Assembly: GCA_002245135.1 (NCBI GenBank)
Contig: NGBS01000616.1
Span: 1 to 64,000 of the forward strand
DNA: 64,000 nt
Reading direction: 5' to 3'
Origin: Proteromonas lacertae
Taxonomy: Eukaryota
Positions within the stretch are counted from its first letter, which is position 1, and each line of letters begins with the position of its first letter. The notes beneath the pieces are model-generated. The model was not told the origin of the DNA, did not search any database, and saw only the letters and a list, made by a program, of their open reading frames with translations. Position numbers and translations under genes: made by a program. Below, piece by piece: positions 49,429 to 62,315 of the stretch.

Positions 49429-51412
49429 GGGATTGTGAAGGTTCAACATTATTTTGAGATTGATTTGTTGGAGAGCCAACTAAAACACTTGAATCTTCTT
49501 CATCGCTGGATAAAAAGCTTACTGAAGAGTCAAAATACGCAACAGTCTGATCATCGAAATAACTACTAGGCACAGATGAGAATGATTGAGGAATAAATGA
49601 ACTTAATGTTGATTCTGACAAATTACCATCTTTAAGATGTTTATTCATCTCTTTCTTTAAATCATCTTTAATATGATCCTCTTGTGCTTGTGCATCAATT
49701 TTATAATATAAGAAACTATGAATATAATCATCTCTAACTTCAGGAGGAATATTTTCAGAACATGGAAATGTTGGCTGGAGTATATTCTGGATCACTTTCT
49801 CTCGGTCTTTCATAGTGTAATACAAATCGATCATGATCTATTAATGGTGATTCGGACTACTAATTGTAAATGATTTAATAAGGGAAATTCACCTTTGGTT
49901 GTTGAACAATCAATGTAGAATCTATATGGTAATAATTGTTTGTCTTTACTATTAATTCTTCCATCTGCAACTAATTGTTTGTATAAATCTAAAACAACTT
50001 CATAAACATATTGATAATCATCATTTCTAGTATAAGCAAAGTAATCATTGTTATTCCTTCCTGGAATATTCCTAAATGTTACTTGATATTGATTATAAGA
50101 TAATGCACCAATTTTGGCTTGATAAGATGGTTTTAATGATAATTTTATACTATTAGGATCTACTACACCAGATTTATATGTATTATTGTTATTATTATAA
50201 GATTGTCCTAATTGATTAAATGATGGTGGTGGTGATGGTTGTAATTGATTATTGATTGATCTTGAGACATACATTGTAGGTTGAGCTATAGTTGGACCAT
50301 TTCCATTACCACCTGACACTATTGCAGTTGATTGAATGCCATTTTCTAGTTCATTAATTCTCTTTGTTAATTCATTCAATTTATCTTGTAATTTCTTATC
50401 TCTTTCATCAGGATTAACCATCTCATGATCCCAAGCAATTGGTCCTTTTTGACTTACATTTATATATTGCTGTAATAATTCTTGATTATTCTGTTCCATT
50501 TCCATCATCTGTGTGATTCGTTGTTCGACTATATTAGTTGTGTTTCTATTGATAATAGTTGGAGATGATTGTTGTTGTTGTGGTGGTGGTGGTTGTGATA
50601 AACTTGGTGTATAAATTGTTGGTGGTTCTTTTACATGTTGTTGCGGAATTATTGGGTAATTTTTATACTCAGGACGATGAGTAGGATTGTTGGTGAAATG
50701 TTGTTCTAAATATGCTGATGTAGAAAATGCTTTATTACAAGCTGGACATCCCCAAGCTCTACCAGATATTAAGTCTGGTGTTGATCTTAGTAAAGATTCA
50801 TATGTTCTAATTGTTTCTTTACATTGATGTATCTGGAGTTTTAAATCTAGATTTTCTTGAGTCAATATCTCCAGATTTTTATGTGTTCTACTTAATTCAT
50901 CTTCTTTCTTTTCAAGTCTTTTTTTATAATCTCTTGCTTTTGAAAGAACTCTACTTTCATTATAGATTAAATATTCAACTAGCAGTTGGGAAATACCAAA
51001 TAAATTAATATAACTTTCATCGAACATTCTATTTAAGTCATACTATAATGAATTTATACCTTGGTAAATCAGATTTTTCTAATTTGTTGTTTATAATTTC
51101 AGGTAATAATCCTAAAAGTTGTTCTATATCTACATTTTGAATAATTTTCTCCAAATCAACTTGATAAAACCTGTTCATATGAATATGTTCCTGTTTTGCT
51201 TTAAAGTGGAAATTGCTTCTTCTTAAAATCTCTGGATTATGAGATGTCACAAAAGGTAATGGTTTTGGTTCATCTAGACTGATTTCACTTCTTTTCAGTG
51301 ATTCATTTAGTCTTGAATTTTTGTCTTTTCGAAAGTAAGAGTAATGCATACATGAATATTGTGTATTAGATGAAGGAACTCTTCCTGCAAATAGCAGATT
51401 TTCTCTATTCAT
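49376..51412 (-). CDS. DZIP1: DZIP1/Iguana-like ciliary protein (Dzip-like N domain, coiled coil, C2H2 finger)
   Basis: FHFKAKQEHIHMNRFYQVDLEKIIQNVDIEQL; LFGISQLLVEYLI; coiled coil; CPACNKAFSTSAYLEQH. Intron near 51030-51059 and a frameshift at ~49833. Confidence 0.8.
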
Positions 51413-51712
51413 ATTTAAATTCAAATTTCAAAAATATATTCGTTTCTAAATTATAAAATTTAGTTTTTCTCACTAGATAATGATATAATCCACTAAATGT
51501 TATCTTTATAGTGGTTGATACATGCTTACATCATTATCAACAAATAAAAATCTGTTAATTTGGAAAGTAATTTCTTTCTTATCTTCACACAATCTTTTGA
51601 TAATCATACTTAAAGTTATTCTTTTCATTTTAACATCATTCAACACATCCTATTCTTCAAACTCTTGATTTGAATTTTTGAGAAAATTTTTGAAATTTCT
51701 TTTTTTGATTTT

Positions 51713-53227
51713 ATGGCAGATTTATTGCATAATCCCTCATACAAAAATGAAAGTGATTTGTCGATTGTTGCAGATGATGATGAACTGAGAGATAAAGATC
51801 TTCGAGAAAGTATAAATTTATAAGATTATTGTGATTTAGTGTACGGAGATTTAATCCATCTTAATGGCGGTATTAAGTTGGTCATTGTGATGGTTGGATA
51901 TCCAGGTAGAGGCAAAACGTATCGATTCGCATATATTTTTTTAATTAGATATATTGCATACAAATTACAAAGATATTTGAGTTGGTTAGGATATAGCGCG
52001 AAGGTCTTTACCATTTCTGAAGCAAGACAAAAGCATCCAGAATATGTTAAAGTTCCTTTGAATTATTGGGATCCTAATAACAAAGAAGTATTATGATTAT
52101 ATAATGTGAATAGTATTATAGGAAAAGAAGAGAATTCTGTATTGAATCCTGTAATAATCTCATTAAATACCTAATTGAAGGAAATGGTCAGGTGGGAATA
52201 TTAGATGGATGTAATTTAAGTCCAGAAACAAGAGCTGTCCTGCACGAATTAATCAAAAAAGAGCACAATATCGCAGAACCAATCTGGTTAGAAATCGACT
52301 GTGATGATGTAATATTATTACATAAGAAATATCGATTTACTAAACTCCATGATGATGAATATAAAGGTTTAACGGAAGATGAAATAGAGAACAAATATGA
52401 AATTCAAACACAGTTTTTGAAACAGATATATCAACCAGTAAGTGTTAATCAAGAATATTCCTATTTATTAATTACCTTCTCCCATGAAAATAAACATCAT
52501 TATGAAATTAATCGTATACAAGGGTATTTGCCTAGTAAATTGATTATGTTTGTTATTGTATTAATAAATAAATATATATATAATAGAATTTACAACCAAT
52601 TCCACGTTCTATTTACATATCACGACATGGTGAAAGTCTCTACAATGTGGAAGATAAAATCGGTGGTAATTCAAGCTTATCAGAAAGAGGTCAAAAATAT
52701 GCAGAGAAACTAGCAGAATACTGTTCAACAGAAGAGAATCTATCTTCACCTGAATTATCAATATGGACAAGCACATTGAAACGAACTTGTCAAACTGCAA
52801 GACATGTTAAACATAAATACATAATCCCATGGAGAGCATTATCAGAAATAGATGCTGGCAAATGTGAAAATTTAACTTATAAAGAAGTAGAAGAAAAATA
52901 TCCTAATATATATCAACAAAGACAAAGTGATAAATTAGGGTTTAAATATCCTGGTGGTGAAAGTTATATGGATGTTATTATGAGATTAGAGCCAGTGATT
53001 ATCGAGATGGAAAGGATGTCTAGTCCATTATTGATTGTATCACATCAAGCAGTCATTAGATGTTTGCTGTCATACTTTAATGATACACCCAGAAGAGATG
53101 TACCACATGTATAATATATATATTTATGTATGATGTATAGACTCATGTTCCTTTACATACTTTGATTAAGGTAACTCCAGTTGGAAATACATGCGAAATC
53201 GAAGAGATTCCTATTGGTCCTAGCTAA
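51713..53227 (+). CDS. PFKFB: 6-phosphofructo-2-kinase/fructose-2,6-bisphosphatase
   Basis: VIVMVGYPGRGKT-YIAYKLQRYLSW (kinase P-loop), GYLPSKL, ISRHGESLYN, WTSTLKRTCQTA, LSEIDAGKCE, YPGGESYMDV..RLEPVIIEMER, SHQAVIRCL; several ~30-nt introns. Confidence 0.95.
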
Positions 53228-53414
53228 TTAGTTTGTTTGATTGTTTTTCGGTGATATACAGATTAATTTTAGCTTTGATTGTATTTTTTTATTCATTAGA
53301 AGATGTGATAATAATTCGTTGTTTAGGCGTAATAGAATAACAATAACTGTACATACTGATCAAGACATGCCAAAATGAGCATAATACGCAGTATCATCAC
53401 GTTTATTCCCATAT

Positions 53415-54533
53415 ATGTATAATAAATGCAAAAAGACTAATAATTTAGAGTCGTTACAAAAATCTAAAATTCCAAGTTCAAAACAAGTTGTTTCCTTCTC
53501 GTATAAATTTATGCAAGCGAGTTCAAATAATATACAAGACACAGCACGAACTGATCTTAGTGTTAATCCTCAAAACATAAAAGGTAATGAAACTCCACTC
53601 TACCGAAGTATAGCTGTACATCAAGCACTGCCTACTACGATGGCCTATCCTCAGCTAATCCCAATCTATCCTTCAAACGCAGTTCCTGCTACAGGTAACT
53701 CTATTTCATCTTCGATGCACGATCCTGCAGCAGAATTACACAATCCTTTAGCAGTTCCACCTGTTCCATATATGTCTATGGTGAATATAGCTGATGGCGC
53801 TCCAATAGCATGTACATATCCCCCACCAGGTGAAGTTTATTTATCACGTTCAGCTCCAGCTGGACAAATAAGGTATGAAATGAATGGTTATTATGCTATG
53901 TCACCTCCAATGCAACAATTTAATGGTCAAACCCAACAATATGTTCCAGTTCAATATATTCAATATGCAGCATATCCAGCTCCAGTTCCACCACCACCAC
54001 CACCACAGATGATACGTCAACAACCATTGTCACGTCCTATAGATATACCTCCAACACCTTCAACAAAAATGGAAGAAGAAAGATCAGAAGCTTCACCTGA
54101 ATTAGATGATTCACTATATGCTTTAAATATACTTAGTGATATGGCTGAGCAGTTCTCAAACAGTGATAATCAACAACAACAACAACAGCAACAACAACAA
54201 CAACAACAAATTAACAAACAACAAATGAGCCAACCAACAAATGAACAAATGAATGAACAAATAAAACAACAACAACAAATTCAACAACAGATACAGCAAC
54301 AAATACAGCAACAACAGAATGGTATACCTTTACAGAAGCTACAGCCAGCAAAGCCTAGACAACCAAGAAGAGTATATGAGACTTGCTCAACATGTAATCA
54401 ACATAAACCTCTTACAGAGTTTACTCTAAAGAGAACTGGAGAGCATACTCATACATGCAAAGTGTGTAGTGAAAGAAAAAAGAATTATTACAAAAGGAAT
54501 ATTGTGAAAAAGCATAAAAGAGGTGAGTATTAA
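53415..54533 (+). CDS. P/Q-rich putative transcription regulator with C-terminal CxxC...CxxC zinc finger; paralog of the 48590 gene
   Basis: CSTCNQHKPLTEFTLKRTGEHTHTCKVCSERKKNYYKR; poly-Q/P regions. The true start may be the downstream ATG at 53511. Confidence 0.7.
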   Translation: MYNKCKKTNNLESLQKSKIPSSKQVVSFSYKFMQASSNNIQDTARTDLSVNPQNIKGNETPLYRSIAVHQALPTTMAYPQLIPIYPSNAVPATGNSISSSMHDPAAELHNPLAVPPVPYMSMVNIADGAPIACTYPPPGEVYLSRSAPAGQIRYEMNGYYAMSPPMQQFNGQTQQYVPVQYIQYAAYPAPVPPPPPPQMIRQQPLSRPIDIPPTPSTKMEEERSEASPELDDSLYALNILSDMAEQFSNSDNQQQQQQQQQQQQQINKQQMSQPTNEQMNEQIKQQQQIQQQIQQQIQQQQNGIPLQKLQPAKPRQPRRVYETCSTCNQHKPLTEFTLKRTGEHTHTCKVCSERKKNYYKRNIVKKHKRGEY

Positions 54534-54809
54534 ATTTATAGGTCTTTATAGGCGAATTATATAACGTGTCGATGTTTATAAAATAATATAGTTTGCTTTT
54601 CATTAGTTGTTTGTTGGGTTCTTTAGGTTTAAACTTGGAGGGAAAAGGGAATCATTCTCAAAGAGTGTTTATTACTATATATTTGAATCCTATATTTCAC
54701 ATGTGAAGCAACTGTTAAAAATCTTTCGATGCCATTGGCTATAAGACGAGAAAAATGAGTTTTTATTATTAGGAACAAAAACGAACAAATATTTTGGAAT
54801 AACAAAAGC

Positions 54810-55829
54810 ATGGATGAAGAGGAACTAGAAGAATGGAAACTGCGTCTTCAATCTCAGATTGAATATTATTTTTCTGATAAAAATTTAAAGAATGATAAAT
54901 ACATAAGATCAAAACTAAATAGTGAAGAACAATTCCCTATAATAGAATTAGTCCATTTTCCAAAAATTCAAGTATAATGAATAGTCATAAATGTATATAG
55001 AAATTATGCGAAGAGAAAGATTCTGATTTGACAGATGAACAGAAAGTATATATAATTGTTGTTATATATAATAGATTGAGGAAATAGTCAATTCAGTTCA
55101 GGTATAATATTGCATATATTATCAAAGCATTCACATTTATTAATGGTTGACTCAACAAAACAATACATTTATAGAGTAATCCCATTTAATTTAGAATCTA
55201 CCATCATTCAATATCGTCCAGAGTGTTGTATAATAGTTAGAAACATAGCGCCAGAAGTAACAAAGCTAATTTTGTGGGATCTAATGATACAAGCAGGTCC
55301 AGTAGCTAAAATATCAATTCCAGGCGCATCAGCAGATGTATTAAAACGAGTAGCAAATGTGCAATTCATACATCAAGTAACAGCTGAAGTATATTTTATT
55401 AATTAATATTATTATATATATATATAGTATGCATTTCGTTTATTTAATGGTATTTCATTATTTGACCAACCATTACAAATAGAAATGATGAAGCCAATAC
55501 AATGTGAGACTGGTGCTGCTTTATTTATTAGGCATTTACCTCCATCATTTAATGAAAATTCCTTATATGAAATATGTATGGAATATGGCTATGTAACTTC
55601 AGTTTCTATTACAAGAGAACCAAGTGGTGCTTCTAAATGTTTTGGATTTGTGAACTTTAGATTGAGAAGTGAAGCTGATTTAGCTGTATTTATTATTAGT
55701 TTATTGCTTTTATAGATGAAAAAGTTGAATGAAATGAAAACATGTTTGGCTGTTCATTTGACAGAAAGAGCACAGAGAGAAAGAGATATGGACAATCCAG
55801 TAAAACCACCACAACAGCCAATACCATAG
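54810..55829 (+). CDS. La-motif (HTH-La) protein with two RRMs
   Basis: Exon 1, missed by the ORF track, reads LQSQIEYYFSDKNLKNDKYI...IIELVHFPKIQ, which is a La motif. RRM1: IVRNIAPEVTKLILWDLMIQAGPV...AEYAFRLFNGISLFDQPL. RRM2: LFIRHLP...SKCFGFVNF. Confidence 0.8.
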
Positions 55830-56022
55830 CATATCCCTTTATTCTTGCTGTTAAAGAATAGTAACATTTATTTAATTTTGTTATCTTGTTATTATTGTCT
55901 AATTGTTTTGTATTGTATAGTAGAACATCATTTCATTATTGCTTTGGTAAAAGTAATCATTCTATAATCATTTTTTAACATCAAGCCAATAATCTGGCTT
56001 GAGATAATAATCTCTTTTTTAA

Positions 56023-58452
56023 ATGTTTATAAATAGAAATATTAGTAAACTTATTTCTAGATATCATTATATTCATACTATACAAAGAAATTTTTCTCTT
56101 AAAAATGTAACAATTGTAGATACAGTCGATAAAGCCAAAGAAATTGTTGAAAAGGTATTATAATACTATATATGCATTAAATGTGTATAGTTACAATCTA
56201 TGACAGATGAGATTCATGCATGTGATACAGAAACAACAAATTTTGATATGACAAAAGGTCCTTTAGGTATATATTATTTGTATATATATATTGAATAGTT
56301 GGTGGAGGTAAGATAATATGTTTCTCTATATATTGTGGTCCTCAACATAATTTCGGTTCTGGTTCAAGACTATGGATAGATAACTTATCAAATGATTTAA
56401 TTCCAATATTCAAACCATACTTAGAAGATCCAAATATACCTAAAATATGGCATAATTACAGTTTTGATCGACATATGTTTTGGAATCATGAAGTAAATGT
56501 GTTAGGTTTTAAAGGTGATACAATGCATATGACAAGATTAATGGATAGCTCAAGACTTAAGAATGGAGGATATAGTTTGGAATCAGTTAGTAATGACTTT
56601 TATATAAGAAAAAGGCCAATGAAAGAGATATTTTCTGTTGCTAAATTAAAGAGAGATGGAACTCCAGGAAAAGCTACATTTATTCCACCGACTGTAGAAT
56701 TACAGACAGATCCAAAGTATAAAGATGAATGGATAGAATATAGTGCATTTGATGCTGAATCTACTTGGCATGTTTATCAAGAGATTAAACAGAGATTGAT
56801 GAATATGGAATGGAGTAAAGAGAAAGATGAGAATGGAAATGGAAATGTTAAAAAATTGACAATGTTTGATTTTTATGAAAGATATTTTGTTCATTTTGGT
56901 GGAATTGTTAACGGATATGGAAAGAAATGGTGTCAAGGTATATTATAATAATAATATATTGTGTTATAGTTAAATACTAAATATTTAGGATTAATGGAAA
57001 TAGAAGCAAGAAAAGACTTAAAGAAATTGGATGAATTATTTAGAGATTGGATTAAAAAGTTTACAGGAGATGAAACAAAGTATTTAAATCTATCAAGTGC
57101 ATCACAAAAACAACATTTATTATATGCTCCTTATTCTAATAAGTTTGATGAATCGGATGTTGTACCAAAAGAAAGACTTTTCAAAATTGAGAATACTGAA
57201 GGAATAATAGAAGTATATATATATATTATATTCTTCATAAATATTATATATTAAAATAGCCTGGTAAAAAGAAAGCGCTTAAAAATCGAAAGCATGAAAC
57301 TGGTTGGATTAGGAATTCCTCCAATAGAATATAGTAAAAGTGGTTGGCCAAGTGTAACCTCAGACACTTTAAGTCATTTAGCAGGAAATATTAAGAAAGA
57401 GAAATATGGTCCAGTTTATACACATTTTGGTGGTGGTGAAGAAGGTAAAAAAGCTTGTGTAGCGATTGATGCATTATCTAAATATGGATCAATAGAAACA
57501 ATGATTGGTAGTTTCTTACAACCATTACAGTCAATGGTGGATAAAAATAGTAGAGTACATGGTTCATTTAATTTAAATACAGAAACTGGTCGTTTATCAT
57601 CTCGCAATCCTAATTTACAGAATCAACCTGCTTTAGATAAAGATAAATATTTTGTAAGAAAAGCATTCACATGTGATGATGATCATATATTAATTGTATC
57701 AGATTATAGTCAGTTAGAATTGAGAGTATTAGCGCATATGACAAACTGTAGATCAATGTTAGATGCGTTTCTCTTAGGAGGTGATTTTCATAGTAGAACC
57801 GCGTATGGTATGTATGATAATATTAAAGAAGCTGTTGCACAAGGGAAAGTGAGATTAGAAACAGGTGCAGATACTGATCCAAATATACCAACAATAAAAG
57901 ATGTATTTGCATCAGAAAGAAAGAAAGCAAAAGTCATTGAATTTTTCAATTGCTTATGGTAAAACTGCAAGAGGATTAGCAAAAGACTTTGGTGTATCAG
58001 TACAAGAAGCTCAAGGGACATTAAATAAATGGTATAAAGATAGACCAGAAGTGAAAGAATGGCAAGAAAAAACAATACAATATGCTCATCAAACTGGTTA
58101 TACAAGAACATTAATGGGAAGATATAGAAAATTACCACATATCAATAGCAAAAGTGCTGGTGTAAGATCACATATGGAAAGAGCTGCTATTAATACTCCA
58201 ATTCAAGGCGGTGCTGCTGATATAGTTATGATGGCTATGTTGAAAGTACATCATGATGAAAGAATTAGAGAAAAGGGATATAAAATGGTTATTCAAGTTC
58301 ATGATGAGATTATGATGGATGGACCAGAAGAGTATAAAGATGAAGTATTAAAGATGGTGAAAGAGGATATGGAACATCCATTTAAAAAGGACTTATCAGT
58401 TGCTTTAACAGCTGATGCAAATTATGCTAAAACTTGGTATGAAGCTAAGTAA
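56023..58452 (+). CDS. POP: Family A DNA polymerase, POP (plant/protist organellar) type, with 3'-5' exonuclease and putative mitochondrial presequence
   Basis: MFINRNISKLISRYHYIHTIQRNFS presequence-like N-terminus; HACDTE, WHNYSFDRH, DTMHM.RL.DSSR...YSLE, YSAFDAESTW; NTETGRLSSRNPNLQNQPALDKD, DYSQLELRVLAH, GGDFHSRTA, ERKKAKxLNFSIAYG, NTPIQGGAADIV, QVHDE. Three apparent +1 insertions. Confidence 0.93.
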
Positions 58453-58618
58453 ATATATTGTTATTAACTTTGTTATTTATAATAGTTTTTTTGTTACTAT
58501 TTTTGAATTATCAGAAAATAATAATTATATATTATAATAGATAATATAATGTAATTAAAATAAATAACTTCATCAATTTAATATCATAAAAAGGAAAATT
58601 TTAACGACTAACTGTAAA

Positions 58619-61600
58619 CTATATTATTAGTTTAGGATTAATTTTCTGTTGATATATTCTCAAATGTCCTGTTGTTGTAGAAGTAATGATAATATGACCA
58701 ATTTTTGTTCTTACAGGTTGACCAAATGTATTTGTTAATGTAACTGGATGTCTATATGTTGTACACCATCGATCAATTGACTAAATAAATACATTAATAT
58801 AAAATATACACTTCCTGGTAAAAACAAAGCACAAGTCAGATTTTCTGATTCAGAAACAACTGAAAACTTCTCATATGAACTATTTGTATTCTTTTTACTT
58901 CTACTCCAACAAGAATAAGGCTTTCTAAAACAATTATCAGTTCTCCAAATAAAACTATATATATATATATATAAACAATTATATTTATATTTATATAAAT
59001 ACATTTCACCTGTTTCTGAACAAGTTATTACATGTTCATAACTATCATCAAATGAAGCAATAAACTTCAAATGATCAATAGAAGCACCTTTTATCTTAGA
59101 AATCAATGAATAATTATCACCTCTTAACAACCTAATACGAGAATCATTTGAAGTTAATAATATATCATAAACACTACCAGATGGACGAAAATCAAATCCA
59201 GTAATTTTTCTACCATCAGAATACTTACCTCTTGCATTTCTACAATCAATTTGTGTGTAAAACTGTAAATTTTCAGCTTTATAAAAGATAATTCTTCCAT
59301 TTGCTAAACCCGCAATTACAAATTCACCTGTTGGATAATACACTGAACAGGTAAGTGGAGATGGTGTTTGAACCCATCTTACTACTTCTCCTTCAGGTAA
59401 TTTCCATATTTTAAGTGTTTTATCAGAACCACCAGTTAAGAAATATGAATTATCTTTAGGATGAAAACAAACAGAAATTATATTATTCGATCTTGAAAAA
59501 ACAAAGGAATAATCAGTTTTCTTTAAATGCCATAATCTCAATGTATTATCTGTTGCTGCACTTAATAAAAATAGATTCGTTGACCAAGCCAAATCAATGA
59601 TTTGACCAGAATGACCTGTAAATACTCTATAAGGTTGACTATCAAACAAAGCCTTTGGTACTTCAGATATTATTGTATTTTTAACTAAATTCCAAATTGT
59701 TATAACACCATGCTTTCCACCTGTAGCTAAATAATCACCATCACTACTAAATTTCATTACAAATATCACATCATTATTCAAATTAATCTCTTGTAAGATT
59801 TCAGGTTTTACAAATTCATGTAATATTTTCTTATTAACTTTCACTTCTGGTTGTTTTACTTCTACAGGTAATACTTCAATCTGAGTATCTACACTAGATG
59901 TTGAATTTTTAACCATATTATTACCATCATTATTATTGATATTGGTTGTATTAGTGTTTATATTTTCTAAGGTTCGTTTTGGTTTGAGTGCAAATGATGA
60001 TGAGGTTGGTCGAGGTGATGCATTTATTGGATTCTTTCGAGTTATATCTAATTCAAATAGATTTAATTTAGTGACTATTAATGGATCTTTATTCTCAGTT
60101 TGTAATTGTGTTTTCATTCTTCTTATTCCTTGACATATTAATGAGATTGTCTTATCTGATACTACTGGTACATTTAACAAAGGTTTATTGTTTAAATCAA
60201 AACTTATGTTATTCAATAATATTGTTATTATTCCTTCTACACCTATATAAAACTGTTCACTTACACCACCATCTGGTAATACTATACTTCTATCTATTAA
60301 ATTACAAAACCGTTCTAACTTCTCTTCTATTGACAATGGCTGGATTAATATTCTTTCAACTTCACTATTCTGTTTATCAGGTGTTATTAATGATTTGAAA
60401 TAATTGTATAATTCAATATCAACTTCTATTATTGAATGACTATCTAAGGATGTTCTTGATTTTGGTTTTCTTGCTGTTTCACTCCCAATATATTCCAATA
60501 GATGTTGAGAGTTTGGTATAAAATCAACAGAGGAAGATGATATATTATTATTATTATTATCACCTGTAGTAACAGTTGTTGTTGTAGCAGTGGCTGTTGT
60601 ATTTCCATCAGTAGACAGTATTGTAGTGGTTGAAGTGATTTTATTATTATCAATAGATGTTGTAGTTGTAGTGTTACTTATATTGGGTAATATTATTAAA
60701 GGTAAAACATTGGAAGTACTTCGATCAATATTATTACTATTATCAATAGATATACCTGTTGCAGTAGATGATGTTGCAGTTGTGGATGAGGATGTTGACA
60801 GATTATTAGTTGATTCATTCTGTCTCAATAACAATGGATGTACTGGTTTAGGACGGTTTGCATTATTATTATTATTATTATTAGCACCAGCTGAAGTATG
60901 TTTAGGTTTTGGAGGTGGTTCAATATTATCTTCAGGTAATTGAGGCATTGTAAATACAGGTACAACAGGTATTGATATCTTACCATTATTCTGAATAGAT
61001 ATACTACCTGAACCAGAGATTGGTCTAGTAATAGGAGTATTGCTGTTATTATTATTATTATTATTATTAATATAATGAATACTACCTGATCTATGTTGAA
61101 ATGGAGTATGGTTTGATAATGGTGTTCCAGTGTTATTACTATTATTCATATTGAATGTACTAGAAGGTAATGATGAGGTTGAAGACGATAATACAATGTT
61201 ATTATTAGTGGTAGTATCTGGTATAGATGGTAATGAATTATTTGATGGTGGTTTGGGAATATTGACATGTGATATTGGTGTTTCTGGTGGTGTAAATGCT
61301 GTTGATGATGCATTGGATGTTTTTCTTTTAGATGGTTGTTGTTGATGTAATATTGTTGTAGTCATACCTGAACTGGAGAGATTGTTGTTATTTGGATCTA
61401 ATAAGGCTGATGTTTGAGAATCTCTTTCATTAATTGTAGATGTACTGGTACTTTCGGTAATTGTTGCCATTGTGGAGATGACTTGATGGTTTTGAGGTTG
61501 TTCTTCTAGTTGTTGTTGTTGTGGTGGTGGTGGTGCTGGTAGTGTAGTAGATTGAGTAATTGATTGATTTGAATTTGGTTTGAGTGGTGAACTGTTTAAT

Positions 61601-62153
61601 GATTGAGATGATGAAGCAGATGGAACATATTGATTGGTGCTTAGATTATCAGTTGAATTGATAGGCGTCATGAAAGAATCAGTTGACATTGAATGATTTG
61701 GTAGTGACGATGATGTTAATGTGTCATCAGATGGGCATGGTGTATTGAAACTAGAACTATCATTATTCTGCTCATTATTTTTTAGAAAATGTGGTAAATC
61801 TGGTAATTGAATATGAGGTTCATCATCTGAAGCTTTAGGTGTTGCATTATTACTACTTTTGAGGAAGTTGTATATTGTTTGACTGTTTGAGCTAGCTACT
61901 GGTGAATTTCCTGATTCATCTGATTCAAAATCCTAAAAACATATTTTATAAATATTTAAATATACAGTTTTACGAAAATTTGTGTTGTTATCTAAATAAA
62001 ACAATAAAACACTAAAATATACCATATCTTTGAGGATGAGGTGCACTAAACCTATTATTATTTGTTTGTGCTAAATCATCTTGCCCTAGAATTTGTATTG
62101 CTATTATTACTTATAGTATATTGTTTATAATCATCATACCTTGATGAATTCAT
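58619..62153 (-). CDS. WDR44: WDR44 (Rab11BP)-like WD40 protein with long S/T/N-rich N-terminus
   Basis: IFVMKFSSDGDYLATGG, PYRVFTGHSGQIIDLAWS..FLLSA..D.TLRLWH, FHPKDNSYFL.G..D..LKIW, GRKITG, LLTSNDSRIRL. The small 5' exons up to ~62153 are less certain. Confidence 0.8.
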
Positions 62154-62315
62154 CTTTAAAATGTGTTTAATTGACAAGGATTTTTATATAACTACTGCAA
62201 ATAATATATATCCCTTTCTAGCTTCGAAGAATTAATCGAAAAGAAACTTCTCAAGCAATTTCAAACTTTTTGGGGTTACGAAAAAAATATTTAGACATTA
62301 TAATGATTAAAGGAA

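Noticed and set aside
54600..54790. Slightly GC-richer intergenic segment considered as a tRNA or snRNA
   Set aside because: I could not identify a cloverleaf, T-loop/B-box or Sm-site pattern.
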